Source: Octopus sinensis (Eukaryota). From it: a DNA stretch of 64,000 nucleotides. Within the stretch, counting starts at the first letter, position 1, and each line of letters starts with the position of its first letter. The stretch covers positions 30,318,001-30,382,000 of the forward strand of contig NC_043014.1 of the NCBI RefSeq assembly GCF_006345805.1. The letters are read 5' to 3'. The notes beneath the pieces were generated by a model. The model saw only the letters and a list, made by a program, of their open reading frames with translations. It had not been told where the DNA came from and ran no database searches. Made by a program: the position numbers and the translations under genes. This document shows, piece by piece, positions 38,071-52,022 of this stretch.

Positions 38071-40292
38071 TAACATCAGCAACAGTAATGATAAATTCTC
38101 TATTCAGTTCTAGAAACTTTGATAAATTTTTTTTTGTTTTTGTAAATTAACAATTGTTTTCTTACATAAGTAACAACTGTTTCAGTAGTATAATTATTTT
38201 AAAGTATTTCAATACTAAATTAGATTGTTTCTTTAACTTCATATTATCAATGGTAAAGCAAGTCAGTGACCAGAGTGATCTATAGAAACACTGCTAGCGA
38301 GCAGCCTAAATTTAGATTTAACAAGTTTTAGAGTAAGAACTTTTGTTATCTCATATGCCTCTCTTCTTAACACTTTTTAGCCTTGTTGTCTGCACATCTT
38401 GGTTATACTTATAAGAGGCACAGCTATACATTTTCATCAAGTCCACTCACATCAGACTTTCTTCTACACACATAGTGATAAACTTTGACTAAGATATGAG
38501 CTCAAAGACAATTTATCAAATCCTAGCAACTGAAGAAAAATTGTATGAACCATAAAGTAGTATTTTCAGTACTCTGAAGTACTGTTCATTCACTATATTT
38601 TACATCTGAAGAGCTCACAGATTAAAATACTGGGTCAAAAAACTTGAAATTATTTTTTTAAGACACCTTTTAAGCCACACAGGAGCTTCTGTATTCCTTT
38701 GCCTAACATCTTGTGCTGATCACCAAGGTTTGCTGGTGATAGACACTTTTAGGACTACTTTTGACCCGACATCATACATTGGTAATATTCACGACAAATG
38801 GAAACTAATACTTTTCAAGCAAATAATCTTTTCATATTCCCCACTCACAATGCATAGCTGTCTACTTGAAGATTTTTAATCCGGAGTTCAGGTTTCAGAG
38901 TTGGCTGTACCTAAATGAACTTTTGATCTAGGGAAGTCAACTCTGAGCAACTACTTGTAATAACCATTTTTCTATCATAGCCAAAATTATTTTCTAGATG
39001 AAGTACAACTGCCAAATGGCAGCAAATTTTAGATATGAAGGTGTTTACTATATCAGCCCCAAAAAGGGAGGGATCTTTTGGATTATTGGATATTATATAC
39101 AAATATTTAAACAATTCTTGTCTTCATCCATTCACCTTCCATAAAAAAAAACATCCATGAAAAAATATTAATAAATAGAAAATACAAAAATTTTTTTAAT
39201 TGTATTTTTTCTTTGCATTATTTTGTTATTTGTGTCTTTTGAAATTTTGCTTTACATTGGTGTTTGCAAGACACAGTTGTTACATGGAATGATAATTTAA
39301 GAAACATGAGGGTTATAGTATTGTAGTAAAAGTCATATTGCAAGTTGACTAGAATATTCATAAGAAAAAACTGAACATGCTGGGGTTTTTTTGTTTTTGT
39401 TTTATAAACAAAACTTCATTAAAAGGAAAATATTAATAAGTCAGTCATTAATAATGGCTGTATCTACTTTTGATCTTCTCACCACATAGATTGTTTTTTT
39501 TTTCCAGAAATAAATTAATGGTTTTTGATATTTTATTAATAGTGTTAGAACTTATGTTTTCAAGACAAATACGCTTGTTCAAATTTGAGAACTTTATTTT
39601 ATTGATAAATACAATAATATATGAATATGTGCAATGTTTTAAAGATGGTGTGAAAAAATGATTGCATAGAAATGAAAAGAACACAGTATTGCAACGTTAA
39701 TGTTTTAATGTCTTGTTCTAAAAATTACAACTGAGATTGGTGTTACTTCACTGTTATTTATATATATACTCTCTTGGAAGAAATCCTTGTTAATATTATT
39801 AGACATTTCTCTGTTATCTTTTATCAACAGCTTCACCCTCATTCCAATTTTTGATATTTTTATTTTCATTTATTTTGAATTTTTTTTATCTATTTTGATA
39901 GATTAATTAGTTTTACAGCTGGACGGCCTTCCTGTGAGTGTACCATAAGGTAAGGGTGAGATTTGATGTCAGTCAGTCAGTCAGAGTTGAGTAAGCAAAT
40001 AAAACCAGAATTTAAGCCTTTGGCATTCAAATTATTCTATCAAAAATAAATAAATAAGTGCTCCAGCATGGCCACAGTCAAATGACTGAAACCAGTAAAA
40101 TGAATAAAAGAATTCACATTGTTTTGAATTTATCCTGCATCATCTTGTAGCATTGAGATTTCAATTATGGGACTGCATATTTTTAGACTAACACTGGAGG
40201 TTAGGTGTGAGAAGCTGGATCTGGCCACTCTAAACATAAAGCAGGAAAAATATTTTGGCCAGATATGGCTAGTTTAAATGCTAAAAGGTTAA

Positions 40293-40514
40293 CCTTTTGG
40301 CATTCAGATTTCTCTGTCAAATGTAAAGCTTATTTATTCACATTGTTTTGAATTAATCATGCATAATCTCAAAGCTTCAAAATTATAATGATAGGATTGT
40401 TTATTTTTAGAATAATATATTGTAGGGTAGGTGTGAGAAGCCAGATCTGGCCAGTTTGAGCATAGAACAAATAGAATATTTTGGCCAGATATGGTCAGTT
40501 TAAATGCTAAAGGG
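40293..40514. mobile_element. piggyBac-type MITE (family A); copies at 20161-20379, about 33800-34022, about 40016-40288 and 46250-46770
   Basis: TTAA-CC(C/T)TTT(A/G)GCATT ... AATGCTAAAGGG-TTAA; conserved internal sequence across copies. Confidence 0.8.
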
Positions 40515-41595
40515 TTAAAGAAGCTACAGATGGTCAACATTGGTAAAGAAAAAAGAAGGTTGATGGAGTTCACTAATATGAACAAGTTTGTATCTTTTAG
40601 GAAGACATGAGTTCTAACACTTGGAACATGGCCCCTTTTTTTAGAGAGAAAAATGAAACTGTACTGCTCCCTACAACTAAATGTGCTAAAACTGATGTAA
40701 AATTTCAACAGATCTTCCTTGATAAATTTTGTTTGGCACTGTAATATGTCCTAGTTATGTCAATATTAGAGCGTCTATTTTTTATTGGGTTCAAAACCTA
40801 GAATAGCAGTCTCAAGCAAAATCATCTGGAAATAACTGTACACACTTACATACACACAGACGCACATATGAGAGAGAGAGAAGTTTCTTCATTGGTCAAA
40901 TGGACACAATTTGTCTATAGACACATTTTGATCAACAAGGAAGCAATTATGTGGTCAATCAGCCTTCTAGAAATAGTAGCCAATTCTCCCTCAAACCACT
41001 CCTACCACCTTAAGAAGAGACATATTAGATGATGTAGTCCAGAATACACTATACCTGAATAAAAGACAGGATGGTCATGGAAGGAATACCTCTGACCATA
41101 AGTCTGCTCAATCAGAACCATTTAGGGACTGATCAACAACAGCAACAATAGATTTAATACATACATAGAAAGATCAATATAACAGCTAATATTTGTTTCA
41201 AATCCCAAGAAATCGTGTGACCCAAAACTGAAATATTGTTTGAAACCCAACCCACAATTGAGAAGATTTCTGTAAACTTAATCAAATGTAAGATCTTTGT
41301 GTCTAAAAAAGACACAAATCAGAATAAAAAGAATATTTTACAACTGAAAATAAAAATTTCATAAATACATATCAAAAATAAGAATTTTCTTTTACACATA
41401 ACATAAGGAGACTGTTTCCCTTGAAAAGACCTTAATAAATTAAGGTTCCTTTCAAACACAACCCATGACAGGCAGCTATTTTGGATAAAACCCAAGTAGA
41501 AAAGTTACTTTAAAGACCCCAAGTTCTTTTCAAAAACTCAATGCATATATAAAAGTTCTCACTAGATACAACCAAAATAAAGAAGTTCCCTTTAA

Positions 41596-41816
41596 CCCTT
41601 TCGTTACCAACCCGGCTGAAACCGGCTCTGGCTCTTTAGTACAAATGTCTTGTTTTCATAAGTTTTGAATTCAAATCTTCCACCAAACCTTAGTCACAAT
41701 TTATGTTCCTAATACTAGCTTAATGATAACGAAGTTAATTCACTAAATTCTTTGTTATATTTAAAATAATTGAAAGAAACACAGAGCATCTCAAAATAAA
41801 TACAGTAACGAAAGGG
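41596..41816. mobile_element. 221-bp piggyBac-type MITE (family B); other copies at 46313-46534, partial 58843-59010, diverged reverse about 25013-25235
   Basis: TTAA-CCCTTTCGTTAC ... GTAACGAAAGGG-TTAA. Confidence 0.85.
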
Positions 41817-44125
41817 TTAAGTAAAATCCAAATTAGAAATAAGAGGGTTCTTTAAGAATATTAAACCTAATTTCTATATTTGATAATTGTCATGACATTG
41901 TCTCATTCTTTATATATTGAAACACTGCATGACAATGGATGGATTTTTCATTTTGGAGACCAGACAATACTTCAGCTATAAATTATAAATTTTTACAAAG
42001 CTTAAATATCACATTGTATATCTCCCTTGCCTCTGCTTCTCTCTCCCTAATCACATACACAAGTAAGCTTTCAACCACAATTTACAAACTATTTCTCCCA
42101 TAACTGAACTCACTCTCTCTCTCTCTCCCATCTGATCCTCCATTTCACTAAAACTACAAAATCTGATCCTTTGTTTAATTAAAACTACAAAATTTATAAG
42201 CTCCCCACTCTCCATCGCTCATCTAAAGTTAATCAATGCACTCACCTACCAAACCTACATGAACACTTCTGAGTTGCCCCAACATCCACATTCTGTAACC
42301 ATTCAGTTGTAGTGTCATTAATTCAGTTTGCAGGGGTCACATCACTTTATCCCACTTTGGTGACCACGATTACAGAAAACACAACAAATTGTGATTTTAA
42401 CAAAACATTTACAAAGAGAGAGAGAGAAAACAGCTTATTTATAAATGCTTTATTTTCCTTAATCATATTTATCAAATACTTTTAATCTTTTGCTTGTTTC
42501 AGTCATTTGACTGCGGCCATGCCGGAGCACTGACTTTAGTTGAACAAATCAACTCCAGGGCTTATTCTTTGTAAGCCTAGTATTTATTCTATCATTCTCT
42601 TTTACCAAACTGCTAGTAAATACACCAACATTGGTTGTCAAGCAATGGTGAGGAGACAAACACGGACACACAAATACATGCACACACACACATATATATA
42701 CAATGGGCTATTTTCAGTTTCTTATTTCTTTACTGCCCACAAGGAGCTACACACAGAGGGGACAAACAAGGACAGACACACGGATTAAGTCAATTAGATC
42801 GCCCCCCCCCCAGTGCGTAACTGGTACTTAATTTATCAACCCCGAAAGGATGAAAGGCAAAGCTGACCTTGGCAGAATTTGAACTCAGAACGCAATGGCA
42901 GACGAAATACCGCTAAGCATTTCGCCTGGCGTGCTAACGTTTCTGCCAGTTCACTGCCATTTTCAGTTTCTGTCACTGAAATCCACTCTCACAGGGCTTT
43001 GGTTGGCCCAGAGCTAAGGTAGAATACACTTGCCCAAGGTTCCACACAGTGGAGCTGAACCCAGAACCATGTGGTTGGGAAGCAAACTTCTTATCAGACA
43101 GCTGCTCCTTTACTTTTCATTTCAAAGTTTCATCATGTGTCCAGACAAGTGCACAGCAACCAAAGTCTACCGATACCAACAACATTCTTGCAATTCCTTC
43201 CTTACCACATGTTTTAGTTTTCTTTCAGTCATCAACTTAGAACAGTTTTAGCTGAACATTAGTTGAACTGATTCCAGCCAGTTTTATCCTCTTCAGTGTT
43301 AGTTGACCAAAAGTGGAGGAGGTGGGGAGCTGTTTTCCTTTCTTAGTTAAATAAACAAGAGTACAACTAGTAAAATTTCCTACAAGAGTAAACTACATTC
43401 TATGTAAACTGGTTTCGAATATTGACACAAGACCAGCAATTTCAGTGAAGGGGCTAAGTTGATTATATCAACCCCAGTGTTCAACTGGTACTTATTTTAT
43501 TGACCCTGAAAGGATGAAAGGCAAGGTCGACCCTGGTGGAATGTGAACTCAGAATGTTAAAGATGGACAAAATGTCACTAAGCATTCTGCCTGGTGTGCT
43601 AACAATTCTGACAGCTTGCTGCCTTGCATTCTATGTATATTATAAGCATGAACATATGATTTTATCGTGAACATTTTAACATATATGAGTGAGTGTTTAT
43701 AAATATGTGTTCAACTATGTATGTGTACATGTACACAGATACAGATGCATATGTACATACACATGCAGACAAATGTATGTATTTATTTACCTATTCAAAG
43801 ACACATCTTTGAATAACTGAATGAAATCTACCATTCATACAGAGTACTTTTTTCTCATTTCTAAATCCAAATATGTCTATACACACATACATATACACAT
43901 GCACACACACATATGTATATTATATATATATACATATATTATATTTATGTATGTGAGTGTGTATCATCATCATCATCATCATCATCATTTAGCGTCCGCT
44001 TTCCATGCTAGCATGGGTTGGACGGTTCAACTAGGGTCTGTGAAGCCAGAAGGCTGCATCAGGCCCAGTCTGATCTGGCAGTGTTTCTACGGCTGGATGC
44101 CCTTCCTAATGCCAGGATGCCCTTC

Positions 44126-44183
<58 letters not shown>

Positions 44184-45429
44184 CACACATTTATACACAC
44201 ACACACACACACATATATACACATATATACACACACACACATATGCAGACACATCTACACACACACACTCATACATATATCCTTTTTTAATCACTACTCA
44301 AATATGAAATAATGATTTGTAGTAATTTTCAGTTTGCCTCAATGCCATAAAATGGTTATGTTAATTATTTTAAGCTGTACACTATTTGAAGCAAACAGTT
44401 GAAAAGAGCTGCTAAAATTATATAAAATATATTGTTGGCTGTGTGATAAAAAAACAAATTTTTTTAACGTAGCTGTTCAACTCTTGCAAAATATAAAAAA
44501 TGTGAAGAGTGTGTGATTAAAATATTTGCGCAAGTATTTTTTAGCAACTATATTTATGAATGTTCCCTCTTATTTGGATTTATTTATTTTTTTAATATTT
44601 GCAATTTTGGACAATGATAAATTTTATCTTATTTTAGTGATTTTGCATTGTCAGAAAATATCTTTTGAAATATATGTGATAATAGGTTAAGACAAAATTG
44701 TCTGGTAACCAACAAGAGGTAAAAGAGAAAAATAAAAAAAAATGCCTCAAAGCAATCATTGCATGAGTTAGGTAGAAATATTTGATTGATCTCAGTGGAG
44801 ATATATTCTAAAAGAAATATAGTAGAGGAAATGGAAAGGTGACAGCAGCTAAATAGGAGAGAAGACAAGAAAAGCAAAGTTACAAAAGAGGATTAATGTT
44901 AAGGAGATTCTTTTCTTTTCCAGTTCAGTCTCACACTTGACTTCCATATTTCCCTTTGTCTCTCTGGAAGAGATGCTGGCTGCCAGCTCTCATTTTCTTG
45001 AACAAATTACTTGTAAAGCGTGAAATGACAAATTTCAGGCCTTTTCTTAGAATGACAAAAGAACCGCAATCCCTTTTCTGCATTTTGGACCTGGAGCCAG
45101 TGGACTGCAAAAAGAATTGCAGTCTTAATGAGCAGACATTTGAATAAGCAGAAAAGGAAAGTAGCATTAATAGTAAATTCATAAGAATAGACAGAAAAGA
45201 AAATCTCAAAATGTGGTGAAGAAAACGAGTGGTGGCAAATGAGACAGTCACAGAAAATTCTGTAAACTTGAAGGAAGTGAATTTATATACAGAAAATATA
45301 TTTAAATCTGTTTTCTTCAGAGTGGGTACAATGCAAGCCATATAACAACAGCACGATTTATAGCAGCGTAGCCAGAAGATAAAATATAGGCATATAGCAG
45401 AGTAATTGGGTTAAGAGGTTGGGTAGTGT

Positions 45430-46050
45430 AAGTTGAACATGGGGCTGTTAATACTGGACATCAGTATAAGCTGAGTAATTCAAATATGATGTATAGTTCA
45501 GTGAATTAATACAAGGTGTATAACTGTCTAAGCTGGAAATGGTATAATAGATGTGTAAATTGTGTAAGTTTCACACAGAGTATAACAGTGTAAGCTGGAT
45601 ACTGTGAATAGCTATATAAGTTGGACATGGTGTGTAGTAGTGCTAGTTGGACCTGATGCGTAGCTGGGTAAATCAGGACATGGTACATAACTAAGTAAAA
45701 TGAGCATGGTGTATAATTGTGCAAATTAGGACATGGTGTATAACTATGTAAGTCAGGTATGGTATACAGCTGTGTAAATTTAGGCATGATGTATAGTTGT
45801 GTAAACAAGGCATGATGTGTAACTGTGTAAAAGGAGACAGTGTATAGTTGTGTAAATTAGGACATGGTATATAGCTGTACATTGAGAGATGGTGTATAAT
45901 TGTGCAAGTTGGACATGGTGTATAGCTGGGTAAGCTGTTGCAGTGGTGTAATCCAAACAACACATATAGCAATGATGAAGGTTGAACAATATATAACATC
46001 TGTGTATCTAAAGACAACACATATAGCAGGGCAGCTAAGTTAGAAAACAT
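45430..46050. repeat. Degenerate 26-27-bp minisatellite
   Basis: catggtgtata..tgtgtaa recurs at 45679, 45705, 45732, 45758, 45785 and 45811. Confidence 0.75.
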
Positions 46051-48936
46051 GTTGCAGCAGTGTAACTTGGAGTAACATATCTAGCAAGTGTGTAAGTTTA
46101 TTAAAACATGTAAGCAGCCACGGTAGGCATATTGAAGAATAGTTGAATAAGCAGGAGAAAACAAACAAAAAATCAACTGTACAACATTTATGAACATTCT
46201 GGAATAGTAGTTTGCAAATATTTTTTTTTTTACTCATAGCACACTTTGACCCTTTAGCATTCAGGTTACTCTGTCAAATTTAATGCTAATTTATTCACAT
46301 TGTTTGAATTAACCCCTTTGTTACTAACCAGGCTGAAATCGGCTCTGGCTCTGAGTATAAATGTCTTGTTTTTCATAAGTTTTGAATTAAAATCTTCTAC
46401 CAAACCTTAGTCACAATTTATGTTCCTAGCACTAGCAGAATGATAGATAAATTTAATTTACTAAATTCTTTGTTATATTTAAAGTAATTGAAAGAAACAC
46501 AGAACATCTCAAAATAAATACAGTAACGAAAGGGTTAATCATGATTCAAGATTTCAATGATATGATTGTTTATTTTTTAGAATCACATTATTGGTGTGAG
46601 GGACCGGATCTCACATTATAGTATGCGGGGCCAAATCTGGCTAGTTTGAACATAACTCGTTTGACATTTGTACATTACTGCATATGCTTTATACACACTT
46701 TTGACAAGTTGTGGTGCACCTGAGCACTGTATACAATAATTTCATTATTATTATTATAGATGCTAAAGGGTTAAAGCAAATAAAAACATGCTGGCACACT
46801 TTGTAAATAAAGTTTTAAAAAAGAGTATTTATGCTTTAGCCTACAAATATAAATAATCTAAACAGCAAAAAAATAATTATTTATTTTTTTATTTAATAAA
46901 TGTAATGTTATCAATGAGATTTCCTTTTTTTATTTTTTTCAGCCATAGGTTTTCTATATTTAGGAATATTTAGGATAAATATATCCTCTTTCCATCTTCG
47001 GTGCAGTGCCAAATTTAGATTTTATATCTCTAAAATCCCTTATTAAAAAGTTGTACCAAAAGGTTACACAAAACTTGAAAATGTATATGCCTCATAAATA
47101 TATGTAACCCTCTGTGGACTGTAAAACCCTAAGTTTCAGTTTGTTATGGTTGGGTCTAAATTCTTTATTGCTTCAATGCAGTGAAGTATCTTATTTTATC
47201 TGTATTTGATGTTAGTGAAAAAAACCTTCTATTCATATAAATATGATGTAGAAAGCTGAATGAAAATGGAAATTCTTCTCTGATAGAAATCCAACTCTGT
47301 ATGCTTGACTATAAATCTACATTTGCTGGATACAGAAACCAGTTCTGATAATTTCAAACCAACATCGGATGAAATTTTTATAAATAGCTTTCAAATAAAA
47401 TTATAATGCTCTATATTTATTGACAGTCATATATGGTAGATAGCTGCTAGAATGACGTTATATTCTGTAATGAAACAAGCTTTCCATTTTGCAACACTGA
47501 CGAAAGAAAATAGGTGGAGAGAAAAGAAAATTTTAGGTTTAAACCTGAATCTTGCAACTTTACCAAACAGAGTGGGGCAAGAAAAATATTTAGCTGGAGT
47601 TGTATCATTTTAAGGTGTTCATATATATATATATATATATGTGTGTATATATATAATGAACTTCTTCAGTTTCCTTCTACCAAATATTACTGACAAGATA
47701 TTGGTCAACCCATCACTTTAGAACAGGACACCAGCCAATGTGTCCATGCTATGGAAACAAACCCCTAACTATGAGATTCTGAAGCAAACTTCTTAACCAC
47801 AAAGCCATGCCTAAATGTACATACTCTTTTTCTCTCTCTTTTTTACTTGTTTCAGTCATTTGACTGTGGCCATGCTGGAGCACCACCGTTAGTCGAACAA
47901 ATTGACCCCAGGACTTATTCTTTGTAAGCCTAGTACTTATTCTATTGGTCTCTTTTGCCAAACCGCTAAGTTACGGGGACGCAAACACACCAACATCGGT
48001 TGTCAAGCGATGTTGGGGGGACAAACACAGACACACATATATATACACAACGGGCTTCTTTCAGTTTCCGTCTACCAAATCCACTCACAAGACTTTGTTT
48101 ATAGCACACTTCTGCCCGAGGTTATAGCAGAAGACACTTGCCCAAGGTGCCATGCAGTGGGACTGAACCCGGAACCATGTGGTTGATAAGCAAACTACTT
48201 ACCACACAGCCACTCCTGTGCATAATAATAATATGTAAAAAAAAACACACAAAAACTGTCAGATTCACTTTTTTTAAAAATATTTTTTGACATATTCATA
48301 ACACTTCTGTGATCTGGATACTGACAAACTTCACACCAACTGCTAAAACTCAGTTATACAAAGGTATTTTCTTTATTTTTCTTAACTTTTGGACATACAG
48401 GCCAAGTACATGATTGTTGTCTGACTTCTTTCAGGTTCAATTCCTATGTTTTTTTTCTCTATCTTTATTATAAGTTTAGTTATACATTTCATTGCAGCTA
48501 TTTCTTTTCTTTATATTTCTTATTGACATTATTTTCCTCATGGGTGCTTGTTTTGAATGTATGGAAATACTGTTTGCTATATAAAGTATGGATATGCAAT
48601 TCCCTGACCCCACCACCTCCCACCCATTCATTTCAACCCACCTAAGCTCTTTGGGGGACACCTTATCTCCAGTATCTATCCATTCACAGCTCCTATTGAT
48701 CATTCTCTCCCCCTCCTGTTAAATGTGAGTAATCATGCAGCTCTCCTACCACAACCTATTCTGCACCCTTCCTCCTACCTCATACTGTATCCCCTTAATC
48801 CCCAGTATAAAGCCAACACCTCCTCCCTCGAAGTTGGTAGTCTTGCAAACTGCATGATGGCATCAATAGTGCCAGTGGTACAAAGAAAGCACCAAGTACA
48901 CACCATAAATTGGTGGGTATTAGGAAGGGTATTATA

Positions 48937-49170
48937 AGGTGGTGAGCTGGCAAAAAAACGCTAGCACACCGGGCAAAATGCTAAGTGGTATTTCGTCTGC
49001 TGCTACATTTTGAGTTCAAATTCCGCCGAGGTCGACTTTGTGTTTCATCCTTTCGGGGTTGATAAATTAAGTACCAGTTACATAGTGGAGTCTATATAAT
49101 CGACTTAATCCGTTTCTCTGTCCTTGTTTGTCCTCTCTGTGTTTAGCCCCTTGTGGGTAGTAAAGAAATA
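48937..49170 (+). mobile_element. Second tRNA-derived SINE family (representative copy; more than 20 copies, e.g. 3619-3830, 12260-12475, 12700-12920, 31575-31925, 32232-32460, 42770-42960, 43420-43625, 56295-56710, 59300-59512)
   Basis: Head GGTGAGCTGGCAGAA..., B box GAGTTCAAAT, central tttcatcctttcggggtcgataaa..gtaccag (recalls Sauria/MetaSINE-type cores, from memory), (ATT)n tail. Confidence 0.8.
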
Positions 49171-49546
49171 GGAAGGGTATCCCACTGTAGAAACCATGCC
49201 AAAGCAGACACTGGAGCATGAGACAGTCCTTGGACTCATTAGATCCTGGTCAACCCATTCAACCCATGCCAACATTTAACATGGACATAAAATGATGATG
49301 ATGATGATATTAAATACCTACTTATTTATACAAGTCTATTGAAATTATATTTTTAAGTTGATGTGTTTAACCACATTCATTTGCTTTCTATGACTGCTTT
49401 TACGTGTTTGCTTGGCTTAAGATGTGTTTTACAGCCAAATGCCCTCCTTGTCATATCTTTTTTAAGTCCTCCCAAAACATACAGCTATAAGATGTATTGT
49501 TTATGGGCAACATAAACATGACATCACCATACAGTATATATATATA

Positions 49547-49619
<73 letters not shown>

Positions 49620-50285
49620 GTTTTATATCCTGTTGCTCCCTGTACACTCATGTTTCACCACTCACTGCATTCCCCTTTTCCTGTCTTTCCTCCTTTATGC
49701 TCTTGTGAACTCCTTGCTCATGGACCCTGTCTAATCTTCTAACCACTCCATTTACATTCACCTTCTTGTGCCTTCAGGTACACCCTGGCACATCACCACC
49801 ATCTCTCTCTTGCTTTCTCTCTCTCTCTCTCTGACTGAAATAACCATGTATCTCTTCTACAGCAAGACACTTGTTTCTGTCTTTCTATCATACTTTAACC
49901 TCTCATCACCTGGCACAAAGCCATTTTACTCAGTAATCATTCTCCCTCTCAGTTGAAGGATCTTTATCTTGCAAGGTAATTGGTGACCTTGCCAGAGCTG
50001 GTGCCATGTAAAACGAACTCAGTACACTCTGCAAAGTGGTTGATGTTAAGAAAGGTAGACAGAACTTGATGCAGTCCTTGGGCTGCCAGTCCTGTCAAAC
50101 AAACCAACCAATGCAGACATTAAACAATGATTTGATGAAGATGTACTTTCATTTATGTCTATATATCTTTTATGTTTTATCTTTTACTTGTTTCAGTTAT
50201 TGGACTGTGGCCATGATGAAACAATTGTAAATTAATGTAATATAAGGACTTGCTCACACCATTGTTCTTGGTTGTAATTATATGT

Positions 50286-50355
<70 letters not shown>

Positions 50356-50779
50356 TTATAATTATAACCAAGGAGGATGGAGTGAGCAAGTCCTTTTATT
50401 ACATTAATTTACAATTGTTTCATCAAAAATTGATCTCATGACTATATGGCTATTTCTATATTGTGCAATACTATACACAGCTATTGATTCATGAGGAATC
50501 ATTGACACAAATTGAAATTCAACTCTTCAGTATCATGCATAAAAGTTATTCACTATAGATACTTGAATTATTGATAATTTATACCGACATTTGGTATAAA
50601 TGTGTATTTACATGATTACATTTACATGTTACAGGCAGACCAAAATAAACCCTGACTTGAAGTGAACAGTCAAGAAGAAGGATAACTTTAAAAGATGGAT
50701 AGAAAAATAAAAACCAGAAAAGAGAAAGGAAAGTTTTTGTTTTTAGACAATATAATAAATTAGAATTTTATTAGCAGTT

Positions 50780-51709
50780 TCTGTTCCAATTACGCCATCA
50801 ACTGGATTACCACAAATGCATTAAGGGAGTTCCCCGGTATCACTTTTAGTCACAACTTTTCCGTCAAGGATCTAGACTACACAGATGACATTGCAATACT
50901 TGGAGAAACATTTGCTGACGTCCAGTTTGCTATCAATGAGCTCCAGCATGTTGCATCACAGATTGGTATGAAAGTCAATGCCTCGAAGACCAAAATCCTC
51001 ACAGCCTGCTTTGCCCCACCAGACAAAACACCCATTGTCCTCAATGGTGATATTCTTGAAGAGGTTGAGAGTTTCAAATACCTTGGCGCCATCATTACAG
51101 CTACAGGTCAAGGTGAGGCTGACATTAAAACACGAATCGACCTCGCTCACCAAGCCTTCAACCGACTTAGTGCACAACTCTGGTCAAGATCTGAGATCCA
51201 ACGCACAACCAAAGTACGGATCTACCAAGCACTAGTGCGAACGATTCTCCTTTATGGCAGCGAGTCATGGCCAATGAGGGTGGAAGATATTAAGCGACTA
51301 GAATCCTTCAATCACCTCTGTCTATGTTGCATCCTTCATGTCTGATGGCATCACTTTGTCTCCAACAATTCGGTGCGACACCAGTGCAGAATCACCTCCC
51401 TCCGACAAGTCATCCTAACGAGACGTCTGCGTTGGCTGGGTCATGCCCTCCATCATCAACCAGGAGAATTCATCTACGAAGCAATTACCCCAGCTCCCCT
51501 TCAGGGTTGGCAAAAGCGATGTGGTGGACAACGAGAAACCTGGCTGATGAGAGTCAAGGCTGCTCTGGAACCCAACCTAGGCCCCCATATCTACAGCGTT
51601 CGCTGCTGGAATAAGGAGTTTGGTCAGCGTTTGTGAGAGATGCAGCATTGAGGATGAATGAAGCCAGCTCAACCCATCCCGGGTGAATGCTGTCAAGTCA
51701 AGTCAAGTC
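50780..51709 (+). mobile_element. 5'-truncated RTE-clade LINE (C-terminal part of RT) with (TCAAG)n tail
   Basis: DLDYTDDIA...MKVNASKTK...VESFKYLG...RTILLYGSESW...RLRWLGH; ends in gtcaagtcaagtcaagtc. Confidence 0.9.
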
Positions 51710-52022
51710 CCAAAAAGTACTTTATAAATAATGTTCTTCAAAGATTTTTTAGTGCTCTTGGGGTATATTTATTTCATCTGCCATCCAGACAAGTAAATGC
51801 AGACATACCTTTGTAGTTTTATCATAGTGAAATCTTTTGTGTCTGCCACATTATAGTGGTTTAACCAGATATTGACACCACAGAGGTCAGATGTAATTTA
51901 TGGAGAATCCATCAGTCACACGCGTGCGCGCACACACACACACACACACAGCCATATGCACAAACATGCCCACATGTGCAGACAGACAGAGAAGATACAG
52001 ATGTCACTGATGCTTAATGGTA

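Noticed and set aside
47240-47285. C/D box snoRNA-like ATGATGT...CTGA
   Set aside because: Too short, imperfect C box, and no terminal stem
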